Shown here one piece after another: positions 24,323 through 36,560 of a stretch of DNA of 64,000 nucleotides (the stretch's first letter is position 1; every line of letters begins with the position of its first letter). The stretch covers positions 1,218 to 65,217 of the forward strand of contig JAJZEB010000004.1 in assembly GCA_021805805.1 (NCBI GenBank). Reading direction: 5' to 3'. Under the pieces are notes generated by a model. It made no database searches, was not told the origin of the DNA, and saw only the letters and a program-made list of their open reading frames with translations. This DNA comes from Pseudomonadota bacterium (GTDB lineage: Bacteria; Pseudomonadota; Gammaproteobacteria; Burkholderiales; Burkholderiaceae_C). A program made the translations under genes and the position numbers.

Positions 24323-24526
24323 ATGAAGAAGATCCTCGCCGCCTTGTTCGCTCTGTTCTTCGCCTCGGCCGTGATGGCCGCCACCCCGGCCAAGGAAGCC
24401 AAGCCGGAAGGCGCCAAGCCGGTTGCGCACAAGACCGTCAAGCATCACTACCATCACAAGAAAGTGATGCACAAGAAGATGAAGGCGCACAAGAAGGTCG
24501 AGAAGAAGGCTCCGACCACGAAGTAA
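24323..24526 (+). CDS. Small secreted His/Lys-rich protein
   Basis: GAAAGG RBS; host-like codon usage; Sec signal MKKILAALFALFFASAVMA; mature part KHHYHHKKVMHKKMKAHKKVEKK. Confidence 0.8.
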   Translation: MKKILAALFALFFASAVMAATPAKEAKPEGAKPVAHKTVKHHYHHKKVMHKKMKAHKKVEKKAPTTK

Positions 24527-24640
24527 TCGATCCGGCGAGCGGGAACGATCCCGCTGCGATCGTCCAGGGCGCCTAAGGGCGCCCTGCTCATTTGCGCCGC
24601 ATAATGCGCACCCATCCAGGAAAGAACCGGAGACGCTGCG

Positions 24641-25108
24641 ATGGTCCTGAAACGATTGGCCCGGATGGCCCTGGCCGCGGTCGTCTGCGCGTCGGCGGCA
24701 CCCGCCGCGCTCGCCCAGACGATGGTCATGCCGACGCAGACTCCGATCCAGGTCGGTCCTCAGCGCATCGAGGTCGACATCGCCAGCACGCCGCAACAAC
24801 TCGCCCACGGGCTGATGGGGCGGCGCAGCCTGCCCGACGGACACGGCATGCTGTTCGTGTTCCCGAGCACCGAACACGTCTGCATGTGGATGAAGAACAC
24901 CCTGCTGCCGCTGTCGGTGGCGTTCATCGACAGCCGCGGAACGATCATCAACATCGCCGACATGCAGCCGCAAACGCTCACCCCGCATTGCAGCATGCTG
25001 GCGGCGCGTTACGCCCTCGAAATGCCGCAGGGGTGGTTTGCCGCGCACCTCGTCGGCCGCGGCGCGCGCCTGAGCGGCTTCCCGTTCGGGACGCCGCTGC
25101 AGCCCTGA
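24641..25108 (+). CDS. DUF192 family protein
   Basis: GLMGR...GMLFVF...MWMKNTLLPLSVAFID...YALEM motifs. Confidence 0.9.
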   Translation: MVLKRLARMALAAVVCASAAPAALAQTMVMPTQTPIQVGPQRIEVDIASTPQQLAHGLMGRRSLPDGHGMLFVFPSTEHVCMWMKNTLLPLSVAFIDSRGTIINIADMQPQTLTPHCSMLAARYALEMPQGWFAAHLVGRGARLSGFPFGTPLQP

Positions 25109-25111
25109 GCC

Positions 25112-25696
25112 TCAGCCGAAGTTGGCCTCGGCGAACGCCCAGTTGGCCAGCCGATCGAGCACGGTCGCAACGAAATCCGGGCGCCGATTGCGGTAGTCGA
25201 CGTAATACGCGTGCTCCCAGACGTCGACCGTGAACAGCGGTTTGTCGGCTCCGCTCAGTGGCGTTGCCGCGTTTGCGGTGTTGACGATGTCGACCGAACC
25301 GTCGCCCTTCTTGACCAGCCAGGTCCAGCCCGAGCCGAAATTGCCGACGGCCGACTTCTGGAATGCCTCCTTGAACGCGGCGAAGCTGCCCCATTTGGCC
25401 TCGATGGCAGCACGCAGAGCGCCGCCGGGTTCGCCGCCGCCTGCCGGCTTCAGGCAGTTCCAGAAGAAACTGTGGTTCCACACTTGCGCGGCGTTGTTGA
25501 ACACACCTCCGGCCGGCGCCTGACGCACGATGTCCTCGAGGGACATCGACTCGAACGCAGTACCCTTGATCAGGTTGTTCAGGTTCGTGACGTAGGCCTG
25601 GTGATGCTTGCCATGGTGGAACTCGAGGGTTTCCCGCGACATATGCGGCGCAAGCGAGTCGATGTCGAACGGCAGTGGGGGCAGCTTGTGTTCCAT
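25112..25696 (-). CDS. sodB: Fe superoxide dismutase
   Basis: [31 protein letters not shown] and DVWEHAYY motifs. Confidence 0.95.
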   Translation of the reverse strand: MEHKLPPLPFDIDSLAPHMSRETLEFHHGKHHQAYVTNLNNLIKGTAFESMSLEDIVRQAPAGGVFNNAAQVWNHSFFWNCLKPAGGGEPGGALRAAIEAKWGSFAAFKEAFQKSAVGNFGSGWTWLVKKGDGSVDIVNTANAATPLSGADKPLFTVDVWEHAYYVDYRNRRPDFVATVLDRLANWAFAEANFG

Positions 25697-25740
25697 GGTG
25701 TGTCCTCTGTGGTTTCGGGCTGACAGAATCGCGATTGATT

Positions 25741-27120
25741 CTAGGAAGAATTCTTGTTCCTGGTCAGGCGCAGGGTCGCCAGCGGATGCGCGACCGCCTG
25801 CGCGGCGGCCAGTTCCAGCCGCGCCGCGCTGCGCGCTCCGGCGAGCACCACCGCGTCGCCCGCGCGCAGTTCGCCGGGCTCGCTGAGCACCCGCCCGTCG
25901 CTCGCCCAGGCCAGGCAGTAGCCGCGTCGCAGGGTCGCGTCCGGACTGAGCAGTTCCAGCCGCTGCTGCACGGCCTCGAGCCTCGCGCGCCGGGCCGCTG
26001 CATCGTGCTCGAACGCGCGCTGCCAGCGCGCCTGCAAAGCCTGCAGCGCGACCGCGCGCGCGGCCGTCGCGCGGCGCGGCTGCAAGCGCGACTGCAGCAG
26101 CGCCAGCGTCTGGCTGCGCGCCTCGAGCAGCCGGTGCACGCGCGCCTGCAGCCGCGCCTGCAGGTCGCGCAAGGCCAGCGCATTGCGCTGCAGCAGCCGC
26201 GCCGGTGCCGGCAGGCGCAGCTGCAGGCGGTCGACGCGCTGCTGCTCGCGGCCCAGCAACCGATGCACGGCGTTGCGCAGCCGCACCTGGGCCTGCAGCC
26301 ACTGCTGCCGCAGCTCGACCAGTGCAGGCGCGCACAACTCGGCAGCCGCAGTCGGCGTGGCCGCGCGCAGGTCGGCGGCAAAATCGGCGATCGTGAAGTC
26401 GGTCTCGTGCCCCACGCCGCAGACCACCGGCAGCGCGCTGGCGGCGATGGCGCGCGCCAGCGCCTCGTCGTTGAACGCCCACAAGTCCTCCAGCGCGCCG
26501 CCGCCGCGCACCAGCAGCAGCACGTCGACTTCGGCGCGGCGCGCAGCCGTCTCCAGCGCGCGCACCAGTTCGGCTGGTGCCGACGCGCCCTGCACGCTGG
26601 CCGGATACACCACCACGCGAAGATGCGGGCTGCGGCGGCGCAAGGTGGCCAGCACGTCGCGCAATGCTGCCGCCTGCGCCGAGGTGATCACCCCCACCGC
26701 GCGCGGATAGCGCGGCAGCGCTGCCTTGCGCGCCGCATCGAACAGGCCTTCGGCCTGCAGCCGCGCCTTCAGGCGCAGGAACTGTTCGAGCAGCGCGCCG
26801 CGGCCCGCCGGGCGTACCGAATCGACCAGCAGCTGCAATTCGCCGCGCGGCTCGTACACACCGACCGCGGCGCGCAGCTCGACCCCCATGCCGTCGCGCA
26901 GCGCAAGCGCGCATTGTGCCGCGCGCTGCCTGAACAGCACGCAGCGCAACTGCGAGGCTTCGTCGCGCAACTGGAAATAGCAATGGCCGCTGGCGGCTCG
27001 GGTGAAGCCGCTGATCTCGCCCTGCACGGTGACCGTGCCGAAGCGCGCACCGAGGGTGTCGGCCAGCGCCCGCACCAGCGCGCCGACGCTCCAGCAACCC
27101 TGGCGCTCAAGCAACGCCAT
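25741..27120 (-). CDS. xseA: Exodeoxyribonuclease VII large subunit
   Basis: VQGEISGF...[32 protein letters not shown] and TPTAAAE motifs. Confidence 0.94.
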   Translation of the reverse strand: MALLERQGCWSVGALVRALADTLGARFGTVTVQGEISGFTRAASGHCYFQLRDEASQLRCVLFRQRAAQCALALRDGMGVELRAAVGVYEPRGELQLLVDSVRPAGRGALLEQFLRLKARLQAEGLFDAARKAALPRYPRAVGVITSAQAAALRDVLATLRRRSPHLRVVVYPASVQGASAPAELVRALETAARRAEVDVLLLVRGGGALEDLWAFNDEALARAIAASALPVVCGVGHETDFTIADFAADLRAATPTAAAELCAPALVELRQQWLQAQVRLRNAVHRLLGREQQRVDRLQLRLPAPARLLQRNALALRDLQARLQARVHRLLEARSQTLALLQSRLQPRRATAARAVALQALQARWQRAFEHDAAARRARLEAVQQRLELLSPDATLRRGYCLAWASDGRVLSEPGELRAGDAVVLAGARSAARLELAAAQAVAHPLATLRLTRNKNSS

Positions 27121-27442
27121 GGTTCCGCTCCGCCGGCCGCGGCAGCGAGCTGTCCACATCGCAGCGATGCCGCGAAGACGCCTGCCATGGATTCCCGCGG
27201 AACGCGGAAAATCGACGCAACCCTTTGATTTGGATCATCTTAATTGTGTCTAAAAAAGCGTCAAAGAAAAGCCGGGCACGGCAGATCAAGGCGTTGGAGC
27301 CGCCGCCACGACGTTACCCACATTGTTGTCCACAATTTTTCGGGATAACCACGGGCTCGCGCAGGCAATCGGCGTGGCCGCATTCATTACCATGCGCACA
27401 GCGTCACACCGTCCATCATTCGCCTTCGCGGGAGATCCGATC

Positions 27443-28066
27443 TTGTTCAGTCTTGTCGAAGCCGCCGGTTGGCCGATCTGGCCGCTGATCGCATGCTCGA
27501 TTGCCGCGCTGGCGATCGTTTTCGAGCGTCTGGCCACGTTGCGCACCGCACGCGTCGTTCCGGCGACACTGCTCGACGAAGCCATCGCGGTCTCCAGCGG
27601 CGCGCTGCCAAGCGCCGACACCATCGACAAACTCGAGCGCAATTCGCCGCTGGGCATGGTGCTGGCATCGGGATTCCGCGCGGTGCGCCGACCCCATGCC
27701 AGCGCCGAGAGCCTGCGCGAGGACATGGAAAACGTCGGCCGCGCGGTCATGCACCGGCTCGGACGCTATCTGAACGCGCTGGGAACCCTGGCGTCGATCG
27801 CCCCGTTGCTCGGACTGCTCGGCACCGTGGTCGGGCTGATCGAGATCTTCGGCTCGCAAAGCGGCGCCGGCAGCAATCCGATCCTGCTCGCCCACGGCAT
27901 CTCGGTGGCGCTGTACAACACAGCGTTCGGCCTGATCATTGCCGTTCCGTCGCTGCTGTTCTATCGCTATTTCCGCGGCCGCGTCGACGACTTCGGAATC
28001 GAGCTCGAACAGGCTGCCAGACGCCTGGCGACGCATCTGCAGCCGCACCTGGGCACGACCCGCTGA
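27443..28066 (+). CDS. exbB: MotA/TolQ/ExbB proton channel family protein
   Basis: GGAGA RBS then TTG start; SIAPLLGLLGTVVGLI and ALYNTAFGL motifs. Confidence 0.85.
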   Translation: MFSLVEAAGWPIWPLIACSIAALAIVFERLATLRTARVVPATLLDEAIAVSSGALPSADTIDKLERNSPLGMVLASGFRAVRRPHASAESLREDMENVGRAVMHRLGRYLNALGTLASIAPLLGLLGTVVGLIEIFGSQSGAGSNPILLAHGISVALYNTAFGLIIAVPSLLFYRYFRGRVDDFGIELEQAARRLATHLQPHLGTTR

Positions 28067-28076
28067 GCGCGGTGCG

Positions 28077-28490
28077 ATGAACTTCCAGCGCCCCCGCCCC
28101 GACGATCCCGAGATCAACTTGATCCCGCTGATCGACGTGCTGCTGGTCATCGTCATCTTCCTGATGATCACGACGACCTACGCCAAGTACACCGAACTGA
28201 AGATCACGCTGCCGACGGCCAACGCACCGAAGGCTCAGCAGTACCCGAACGAAGTCGTCATCTCGATTGCCGCCGACGGCAGCTGCGCGGTCGACCACAC
28301 CGTGCTTGCGCACGGCGACGTGGCCGACATCGCCGCCGCGCTGACCCGCGCCAGCCGAGGCCGCGCCGACACCATGGTCGTGATCAGCGCCGACGCGCAA
28401 AGCACCCAGCAGTCGGTGGTCAACGCCATGGAGGCGGCGCGACTCGCGGGGCTGAGCCGGCTGACCTTCGCCACGCAGCGGGGGCAGTGA
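28077..28490 (+). CDS. exbD: ExbD/TolR family biopolymer transporter
   Basis: INLIPLIDVLLVIVIF transmembrane motif with the conserved Asp. Confidence 0.88.
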   Translation: MNFQRPRPDDPEINLIPLIDVLLVIVIFLMITTTYAKYTELKITLPTANAPKAQQYPNEVVISIAADGSCAVDHTVLAHGDVADIAAALTRASRGRADTMVVISADAQSTQQSVVNAMEAARLAGLSRLTFATQRGQ

Positions 28491-28515
28491 TGCGCGTTTG
28501 CGCGAAGCGGCGTCG

Positions 28516-29538
28516 ATGAGCGCCGGCTGGCCCGCATTCTGGATGCGCCGCGGCATCGTGGCACACGCCCTGCTGCCTCTGGCGTGGGTTTTCGGTGCAC
28601 TGTCCGCCTTGCGCCGGCTGGCGTACCGACTGCGGTGGCTCAGCGCGTGGCGTGCGCCGGTGCCCGTGGTGGTGATCGGCAATGTCACCGTCGGCGGCAG
28701 CGGCAAGACTCCGCTGGTGCTGGCTGCCGCGCAGGCGCTGCGCGCAGCCGGACTGCACCCGGGAATCGTCTCGCGCGGCTACCGGCGCGCGCGCGGCGCG
28801 CCCGAGCCGATGGCCGTGCTGCCCGACACCGACGTGCGCGCCTGCGGCGACGAGCCGCTGCTGCTGCGCCGGCTGGCCGACTGCCCGGTGTGGGTCGGGC
28901 GGCGACGCGCGCACGCCGCCGCTGCGCTGTTGCGCGCGCATCCCGAAGTCGACGTCCTGCTCGCCGACGATGGCCTGCAGCACCTGGCATTGCTGCGCGA
29001 CGTGGAAATCGTCGTCGTCGACCCACGCGGCCCCGGCAACGGCTGGCTGCTTCCCTCCGGGCCGCTGCGCGAGCGCTGGCAGCGCCGGCGCGACGCCACG
29101 CTGGGACCGCGGGACGCACTGGCCTCGGCTCCGGGCGAGGCTGCTCGCTTCGCGCTGGAACGCCGTCTCGGCCACGCGCGCCATCTGGCCAGTGGCGCCC
29201 GGCTGACGCTGGCCGAGCTGTGCCGGCGTCACGCCGGAAATGCGCTGGACGCAGCCGCCGGAATCGGCGACCCGCAGCAGTTCTTCAGCCAGTTGCGCGC
29301 CGCCGGCGTGCCGCTGCGGCACGCGCTGGCGCTTCCCGACCACGCAGCGTTCGATCCCGATCCGCTGGCCATGCTCACCGCACCGGCCGTGCTGGTGACC
29401 GACAAGGACGGCCTAAAATGTCACCCGGCTATGCGTACGTACGATCGCATCTGGAGCGTCGAGCTCGAACTCGACGCCGACCCCGCCTTCTGGCCATGGC
29501 TGCTGGCGCGCGTGGCGCGCGCCCGAGGAACTCGCTGA
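28516..29538 (+). CDS. lpxK: Tetraacyldisaccharide 4'-kinase
   Basis: [28 protein letters not shown] and GPLRE motifs. Confidence 0.93.
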   Translation: MSAGWPAFWMRRGIVAHALLPLAWVFGALSALRRLAYRLRWLSAWRAPVPVVVIGNVTVGGSGKTPLVLAAAQALRAAGLHPGIVSRGYRRARGAPEPMAVLPDTDVRACGDEPLLLRRLADCPVWVGRRRAHAAAALLRAHPEVDVLLADDGLQHLALLRDVEIVVVDPRGPGNGWLLPSGPLRERWQRRRDATLGPRDALASAPGEAARFALERRLGHARHLASGARLTLAELCRRHAGNALDAAAGIGDPQQFFSQLRAAGVPLRHALALPDHAAFDPDPLAMLTAPAVLVTDKDGLKCHPAMRTYDRIWSVELELDADPAFWPWLLARVARARGTR

Positions 29539-29725
29539 TGGACTCCCGACTGCTTGATCTGCTGGTCTGCCCGGTGTGCAAGGGCCCGCTGCTGCGCGAA
29601 GCCGACGAACTTGTCTGCCCGCGCGATCGTCTGGCGTTCGCGGTGCGCGACGGCATCCCGGTGATGATCGAAGAGCAGGCCCGCGACCTCGACGCGGTGC
29701 TCAACACCGACAGCACCGAGGACGC

Positions 29726-29729
<4 letters not shown>
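29538..29729 (+). CDS. ycaR: Trm112-family protein (YcaR-like)
   Basis: [14 protein letters not shown]...DGIPVM; sits between lpxK and kdsB. Confidence 0.9.
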
Positions 29730-31232
<1,503 letters not shown>

Positions 31233-31256
31233 CGCGCCAGAGGCGCCCCGACAACC

Positions 31257-32009
31257 ATGCAAATCGATCGACACGCTTTTCTCGTCACCGGAGCCGCATC
31301 GGGTCTGGGTGCTGCCACGGCGCGCCGGCTGGCCGCCAGCGGCGCACGCGTGCTGCTCGCCGACCTGCACGATGCGCAGGCCCTGGCCGACGAGCTCGGA
31401 GGCCGCTACCTGCGCTGCGACGTCACCGTCGAGGCCGACGCGACGGCCGCGGTCGCCGCCGCGCAGGAGCTCGGCGCGCTGCGCGGCCTGATCAACTGCG
31501 CCGGCATCGCGCCGGCGCAGCGTACGCTGGGCAAGAACGGCCCGCACCCGCTGGACGTGTTCGCGCGCACCGTCCAGGTCAATCTGGTCGGAACCTTCAA
31601 TATGGCGCGGCTGGCCGCAGCGGCGATGGCCGCGCTGCCGCCGCTCGACGACGGCGAGCGCGGAGTCATCGTCAACACGGCTTCGGTGGCCGCGTACGAC
31701 GGTCAGATCGGCCAGGCCGCCTACGCCGCGTCGAAGGCCGGAATCGTCGGTCTGACGCTGCCGATGGCGCGCGACCTGGCGCGCGACGGAATCCGCGTGG
31801 TGACCATCGCCCCGGGCATTTTCGAGACGCCGATGCTGATGGGAATGCCCGAGGAGGTCCGCGCCGCGCTCGGCGCCTCGGTGCCATTCCCGCAGCGGCT
31901 GGGCCGCCCGGACGAATACGCCCAGCTGGTCGAGACCATCGTGCGCAACACCATGCTCAACGGCGAAACGATCCGCCTCGACGGCGCGATCCGCATGGCG
32001 CCGAAGTGA
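31257..32009 (+). CDS. Short-chain dehydrogenase (3-hydroxyacyl-CoA dehydrogenase type II-like)
   Basis: [23 protein letters not shown] and YAASK motifs. Confidence 0.9.
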   Translation: MQIDRHAFLVTGAASGLGAATARRLAASGARVLLADLHDAQALADELGGRYLRCDVTVEADATAAVAAAQELGALRGLINCAGIAPAQRTLGKNGPHPLDVFARTVQVNLVGTFNMARLAAAAMAALPPLDDGERGVIVNTASVAAYDGQIGQAAYAASKAGIVGLTLPMARDLARDGIRVVTIAPGIFETPMLMGMPEEVRAALGASVPFPQRLGRPDEYAQLVETIVRNTMLNGETIRLDGAIRMAPK

Positions 32010-32034
32010 CCGCGCGGCGCGCGGGGACCGCAGC

Positions 32035-33888
32035 GTGATTCCCCAGGATTTCATCCAGGAGCTGCTCGCGCGCGCCGACATCGTCGAGATCGTCGGCTCA
32101 TCGGTGCAGTTGAAGAAGGCGGGGACCAACTACAAGGGTCTGTGCCCGTTCCACAGCGAGAAATCGCCATCGTTCACGGTCAGCCCGGGCAAGCAGTTCT
32201 ACCACTGCTTCGGCTGCGGCGCCCACGGCACCGCGATCGGCTTCCTGATGGAGCATCTCGGGCTGAGCTTTCCCGACAGCGTGCGCGAACTCGCGGCGCG
32301 CTCCGGCATGACCGTTCCGCAGCCGCAGCTCGACTCCCGCCAGCAGCAGCAGGTGCAGGCGCAGCGCGATCTGCGGCGCACGCTGCACGAAGTTCTCGAG
32401 CAGGCCAACAGTCATTACCGGGATCGCCTGCGCACATCGCCGCGGGCGATCGATTACCTGAAAGGGCGCGGGCTGACCGGACGCATCGCGGCGCGCTTCG
32501 GCCTGGGCTACGCGCCCGACGACTGGCAGGCACTGGCCGCCGCCTTCCCCAACTACGATGCCGACCCGCTGGTGCAGTCGGGTCTCGTGGTGGCGCGCGA
32601 CACCGCCGGCGAGACCCTCGAGCCGACCGGCTTCGACTCCGCGCGCGTGGCGCGCCGCTACGACCGGCTGCGTGACCGCATCACGTTTCCGATCCGCAAC
32701 GTCCAAGGCGAATTGATCGGATTCGGCGGCCGCGTGCTCGACCGTGGCGAGCCCAAATACCTGAATTCGCCGGAAACCGCGCTGTTCCACAAGGGCGAGG
32801 AGCTGTACGGACTCCACGAGGCGCGCGCCGCGATCCAGCGCAAGGGACAGGCCGTGGTCGTCGAAGGCTACCTCGACGTCATCGCGCTGGCCCAGCACGG
32901 AATCGAGCACGCGGTGGCCACGCTGGGCACTGCGTGCTCGGCCGAGCATGTGCGACGCTTGTTCCGGCACGCCGCTCAGGTGGTGTTCAGCTTCGACGGC
33001 GACGCAGCAGGACGCCGGGCGGCGGCCCGCGCGCTGGAGGCTGCACTGCCGGCAGTCGGCGACGAGCGTTCGGTCAAGTTCCTGTTCCTGCCCACCGAGC
33101 ACGATCCCGACAGTTTCGTGCGCACGCTCGGAGCCGAGGCGTTCGAGCGCGAACTCGCGCGCGCCCAGCCGCTGTCGCAGTTCCTGCTCGAGCAGGTCGG
33201 CGACGGTCTCGCGCTCGACACCGCCGAGGGCCGCGCACAGGCCGTCGCGCGCGCGCGCCCGCTGCTTGCGCTGCTGTCCGACAGCGCGCTGAAGACGCAG
33301 ATCGTCGCCGAGTGCGCGCGCCGGCTCCAGTCCGCGCCCGCCGAATTGCGCGCGGCGCCGGCGGGACGTGCCGCGTCGCGAGATCGCTCGGCCGAGGCCG
33401 AAGACACGACTTCGATGCGCGGCGCGCTGCGCGCGCGCGCAGCGCGCCTGAGCGCGCCGCACACCGACCACGCGCGCACCGCATTGCGCATCCTGTTCAC
33501 CCAGCCGCCGCTGTGGCACCAACTCAGCGCGACCCAGCACGCGTTGCTCAAGCAGCCCGACGCCGCGTCGCAGCAGCTGGCCGCCTGGCTCGAGTCCCGA
33601 CTCGACATGGAGCCGCAACTCAGCTCTCCGGCATTGTGGGAGGCGCTGCGCGCAGACGGCCTGCTCGATCAGGCCGCATCGCTGGCTCCGGCAGACCTGC
33701 TCGATCTCGACGGCGACGAGTTGCGCACCCACCTGTTCGGCGCGCTCGACAGCATCGAGCGCGACTGGGTCAAGCGTCGGCAGCAGCAACTGGCCGCCGA
33801 CGGCCTGCGCAGCGAAGACGAGCGGCTCGAATACGGCGCGCTCTCGGCGCGCTTGCGCGAACTCGGGCGCAAACTGCCGCGACTGTAG
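32035..33888 (+). CDS. dnaG: DNA primase
   Basis: CPFH...CFGC zinc-binding domain, PKYLNSPET and TOPRIM VEGYLD...FDGDAAG. GTG start. Confidence 0.96.
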   Translation: MIPQDFIQELLARADIVEIVGSSVQLKKAGTNYKGLCPFHSEKSPSFTVSPGKQFYHCFGCGAHGTAIGFLMEHLGLSFPDSVRELAARSGMTVPQPQLDSRQQQQVQAQRDLRRTLHEVLEQANSHYRDRLRTSPRAIDYLKGRGLTGRIAARFGLGYAPDDWQALAAAFPNYDADPLVQSGLVVARDTAGETLEPTGFDSARVARRYDRLRDRITFPIRNVQGELIGFGGRVLDRGEPKYLNSPETALFHKGEELYGLHEARAAIQRKGQAVVVEGYLDVIALAQHGIEHAVATLGTACSAEHVRRLFRHAAQVVFSFDGDAAGRRAAARALEAALPAVGDERSVKFLFLPTEHDPDSFVRTLGAEAFERELARAQPLSQFLLEQVGDGLALDTAEGRAQAVARARPLLALLSDSALKTQIVAECARRLQSAPAELRAAPAGRAASRDRSAEAEDTTSMRGALRARAARLSAPHTDHARTALRILFTQPPLWHQLSATQHALLKQPDAASQQLAAWLESRLDMEPQLSSPALWEALRADGLLDQAASLAPADLLDLDGDELRTHLFGALDSIERDWVKRRQQQLAADGLRSEDERLEYGALSARLRELGRKLPRL

Positions 33889-33909
33889 GGCGGCGCTGAC
33901 GCCGGCGCA

Positions 33910-33937
33910 CTTGAATTTCGGGGGGTCGGACTATAAT
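33910..33937 (+). promoter_or_regulatory. Promoter upstream of rpoD (perfect TATAAT; CTTGAA -35 also resembles sigma32 sites)
   Basis: CTTGAA at 33910-33915 and TATAAT at 33932-33937. Spacing is short for sigma70 if TTGAAT is the -35. Confidence 0.55.
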
Positions 33938-33997
33938 TGAACGTTTCTCGGGAAATCCATCGCCGAGGCCTGTGCAAGCGCGCCTTCCCCACCGCCG

Positions 33998-34116
33998 AAT
34001 CGCTCCAATCGCTCCAATCGCTGCCATCGCGCCTATGGTCCGAATGGTCCGAATGGTCCGAATGGTCCGAATGGTCCGAATGGTCCGAATGGCCCGAAAG
34101 ACCCGAATGGATCCGA
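33998..34116 (+). repeat. Two abutting 9-nt tandem repeat arrays in the rpoD leader
   Basis: AATCGCTCC x2 plus 2 degenerate copies (33998-34033), then ATGGTCCGA x6 perfect (34035-34088) plus 3 degenerate copies. Confidence 0.92.
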
Positions 34117-34228
34117 TCGACCCATCGGGCCATTCGGCCTGCCTGCTCGGACAAGGCGGCTTGGGCGTTCCCGCAGCCCACGGGGGGCGTGCTTGGCCGT
34201 CCGTGTCGTCGCCACGAGGAGCCGGAAC

Positions 34229-36478
34229 ATGACCAAACCGAAGTCCGCCCCAGCCACGAAGGCCGCGCCGCGCGGCGCGGCCGCGACGCCGCGCAAACGC
34301 GCATCAACCACCACCACGCCTGACGCCATGCCAACGTCCAAGACCACCGCCAAGACCGCCGACACCGCGAAGCCGACGAAGGCACCGAATACGGCGGCCA
34401 AGGCGCCCAAGACACCGCCGGCCGAAGCCGCGCAGCGGGCGAAGGCCGCGTCGGCCCGGGTCGACGACAAGGCCGCGAAGGCGGCGAAGTCGCTGCCTGC
34501 GGACGACTACGTCGCCGACGAGTCCGACGAAGGTGCTGCTCCTGCTGCGCCGATGCCGCGCGGCCGGCGGCCGTCGCGCGCCAAGGAAAAGCAGCTGCTG
34601 AAGGAGTTCGGCTACGACGACTCGAACGTCACCGAGGAAGAACTCGCGCGCCGCAGGCAGCGGCTGAAGAACTTGATCAAGCTGGGCAAAACGCGCGGGT
34701 TCCTGACCTACGGCGAGATCAACGATCACCTGCCGGACAATCTGGCCGACCCTGATCTGCTCGAAACGATCATCAGCATGCTCAACGACATGGGCATCGC
34801 GGTCTACGAGCAGGCGCCCGACGCGCAGACCCTGCTGCTGAACCAGCACGGCCCGACCACGTCGAGCGACGAGGAAGCCGAGGAGGAAGCCGAGGCGGCG
34901 CTGTCGTCGGTCGACTCCGAATTCGGCCGCACGACCGATCCGGTGCGCATGTACATGCGCGAAATGGGCACCGTCCAGTTGCTGACTCGCGAGGGCGAGA
35001 TCGTCATCGCCAAGCGCATCGAGGAAGGCCTGCGCAAGATGATGCTGGCGATTTCGGCGTCGCCGGCGACGGTGGCCGAGATCCTGGCGATGGCCGCTCG
35101 CATCGCGAACAACGAACTTCCGGTCGACGAAGTCGTCGACGGCATGGTCTCGGACGACGAATCCGACGACTACGTGGCCGAGGAGGACGTCGACTTCGCG
35201 CTGGCCGACGAGTCCGAGGAAGACGAGGAGGCGGCCGCCGCAGCCGCCAGCTCGGTCAAGCTCGAAGAGCTGAAGAACAAGGCGCTGGAGCGCTTCGCGC
35301 AGGTGCACGACGCCTTCATGAAAATGCGCCGCGCCTACGACAAGGACGGCTACAAGTCGGCGGCCTACGTCAAGGCGCAGGACGCGATTTCGCGCAACCT
35401 GATGGAAGTGCGCTTCACCGCTCGCACCGTCGAGAAACTGTGCGACCTGCTTCGAAGCCAGGTCGACGAAGTGCGTCGCCTCGAACGTGAAATCAGGCGC
35501 ATCGTCGTCGACCGCTGCGGAATGCCGCAGGAAGAGTTCATCAAGAGCTTCCCCGGCCACCAGCTCGACCTGCAGTGGGCCGAACGGCTGGCTGCGTCGA
35601 ACAAGCCCTATGCGCCGGTGCTCGAGCGCAATCTGCCCGGAATCCAGGAGCTGCAGCAACGCCTGATCGACACCCAGAACCGGGTCGTCGTTCCGCTGCA
35701 GGACTTCAAGGAAATCAACGCGCAGATGAGCCGCGGCGAGCAGGAAGCGCGCGAGGCCAAGCGCGAGATGATCGAGGCCAACCTGAGGCTGGTGATCTCG
35801 ATCGCCAAGAAATACACCAACCGCGGCCTGCAGTTCCTCGACCTGATCCAGGAAGGCAACGTCGGCCTGATGAAGGCGGTGGACAAGTTCGAATACCGCC
35901 GCGGCTACAAGTTCTCGACCTACGCGACGTGGTGGATCCGCCAGGCGATCACGCGCTCGATCGCCGACCAGGCGCGCACCATCCGGATCCCGGTCCACAT
36001 GATCGAGACGATCAACAAGGTCAACCGCATCTCGCGTCAGTACCTGCAGGAAACCGGAACCGAACCGGATGCCGCGATCCTGGCCGAGAAGATGGAGATG
36101 CCTGAAGACAAAGTGCGCAAGATCATGAAGATCGCCAAGGAGCCGATCTCGATGGAGACTCCGATCGGCGACGACGACGACTCGCACCTGGGCGACTTCA
36201 TCGAGGACACCGGAATGCTGGCGCCGACCGACGCTGCGCTGCAGGCCAGCCTGCGCGACGTGGTCAAGGACATTCTCGATTCGCTGACCCCGCGCGAAGC
36301 CAAGGTACTGCGCATGCGCTTCGGCATCGAAATGGCCAACGACCACACCCTCGAGGAAGTCGGCAAGCAGTTCGACGTCACGCGCGAACGCATCCGCCAG
36401 ATCGAAGCCAAGGCGCTGCGCAAGCTCAAGCATCCGACGCGCTCGGACAAGCTGCGCAGTTTCCTCGATTCGCTGTAG
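34229..36478 (+). CDS. rpoD: RNA polymerase sigma factor RpoD (sigma70)
   Basis: GAGGAG RBS; region 1.2 [13 protein letters not shown], region 2 [12 protein letters not shown]...[17 protein letters not shown], region 4 [20 protein letters not shown]. Confidence 0.97.
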   Translation: MTKPKSAPATKAAPRGAAATPRKRASTTTTPDAMPTSKTTAKTADTAKPTKAPNTAAKAPKTPPAEAAQRAKAASARVDDKAAKAAKSLPADDYVADESDEGAAPAAPMPRGRRPSRAKEKQLLKEFGYDDSNVTEEELARRRQRLKNLIKLGKTRGFLTYGEINDHLPDNLADPDLLETIISMLNDMGIAVYEQAPDAQTLLLNQHGPTTSSDEEAEEEAEAALSSVDSEFGRTTDPVRMYMREMGTVQLLTREGEIVIAKRIEEGLRKMMLAISASPATVAEILAMAARIANNELPVDEVVDGMVSDDESDDYVAEEDVDFALADESEEDEEAAAAAASSVKLEELKNKALERFAQVHDAFMKMRRAYDKDGYKSAAYVKAQDAISRNLMEVRFTARTVEKLCDLLRSQVDEVRRLEREIRRIVVDRCGMPQEEFIKSFPGHQLDLQWAERLAASNKPYAPVLERNLPGIQELQQRLIDTQNRVVVPLQDFKEINAQMSRGEQEAREAKREMIEANLRLVISIAKKYTNRGLQFLDLIQEGNVGLMKAVDKFEYRRGYKFSTYATWWIRQAITRSIADQARTIRIPVHMIETINKVNRISRQYLQETGTEPDAAILAEKMEMPEDKVRKIMKIAKEPISMETPIGDDDDSHLGDFIEDTGMLAPTDAALQASLRDVVKDILDSLTPREAKVLRMRFGIEMANDHTLEEVGKQFDVTRERIRQIEAKALRKLKHPTRSDKLRSFLDSL

Positions 36479-36560
36479 GAGCGGCGCGTATTCGCGGGTG
36501 GCGTCCGCGCCGCCCGCGGCGGGCCCTTGCGCCACGCGGATCCACGCTAGACTGCGGCCC

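Noticed and set aside
31257-32035. dnaG not preceded by rpsU
   Set aside because: Splitting of the rpsU-dnaG-rpoD operon is frequent outside enterobacteria; nothing suggests a recent event.
33998-34116. Tandem repeats as a possible CRISPR array
   Set aside because: 9-nt units with no unique spacers and no cas genes; same for the 75-nt duplication at 19755-19898. No CRISPR array was seen in the window.
33937-34323. (WSE)6 Trp-rich ORF through the rpoD leader as an attenuator peptide
   Set aside because: Its TTG start overlaps the TATAAT -10 box, upstream of the expected transcription start, and it runs out of frame into rpoD.
34229-34620. Long Lys/Ala/Pro-rich N-terminal extension of RpoD
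   Set aside because: Such extensions are common in betaproteobacterial RpoD proteins.
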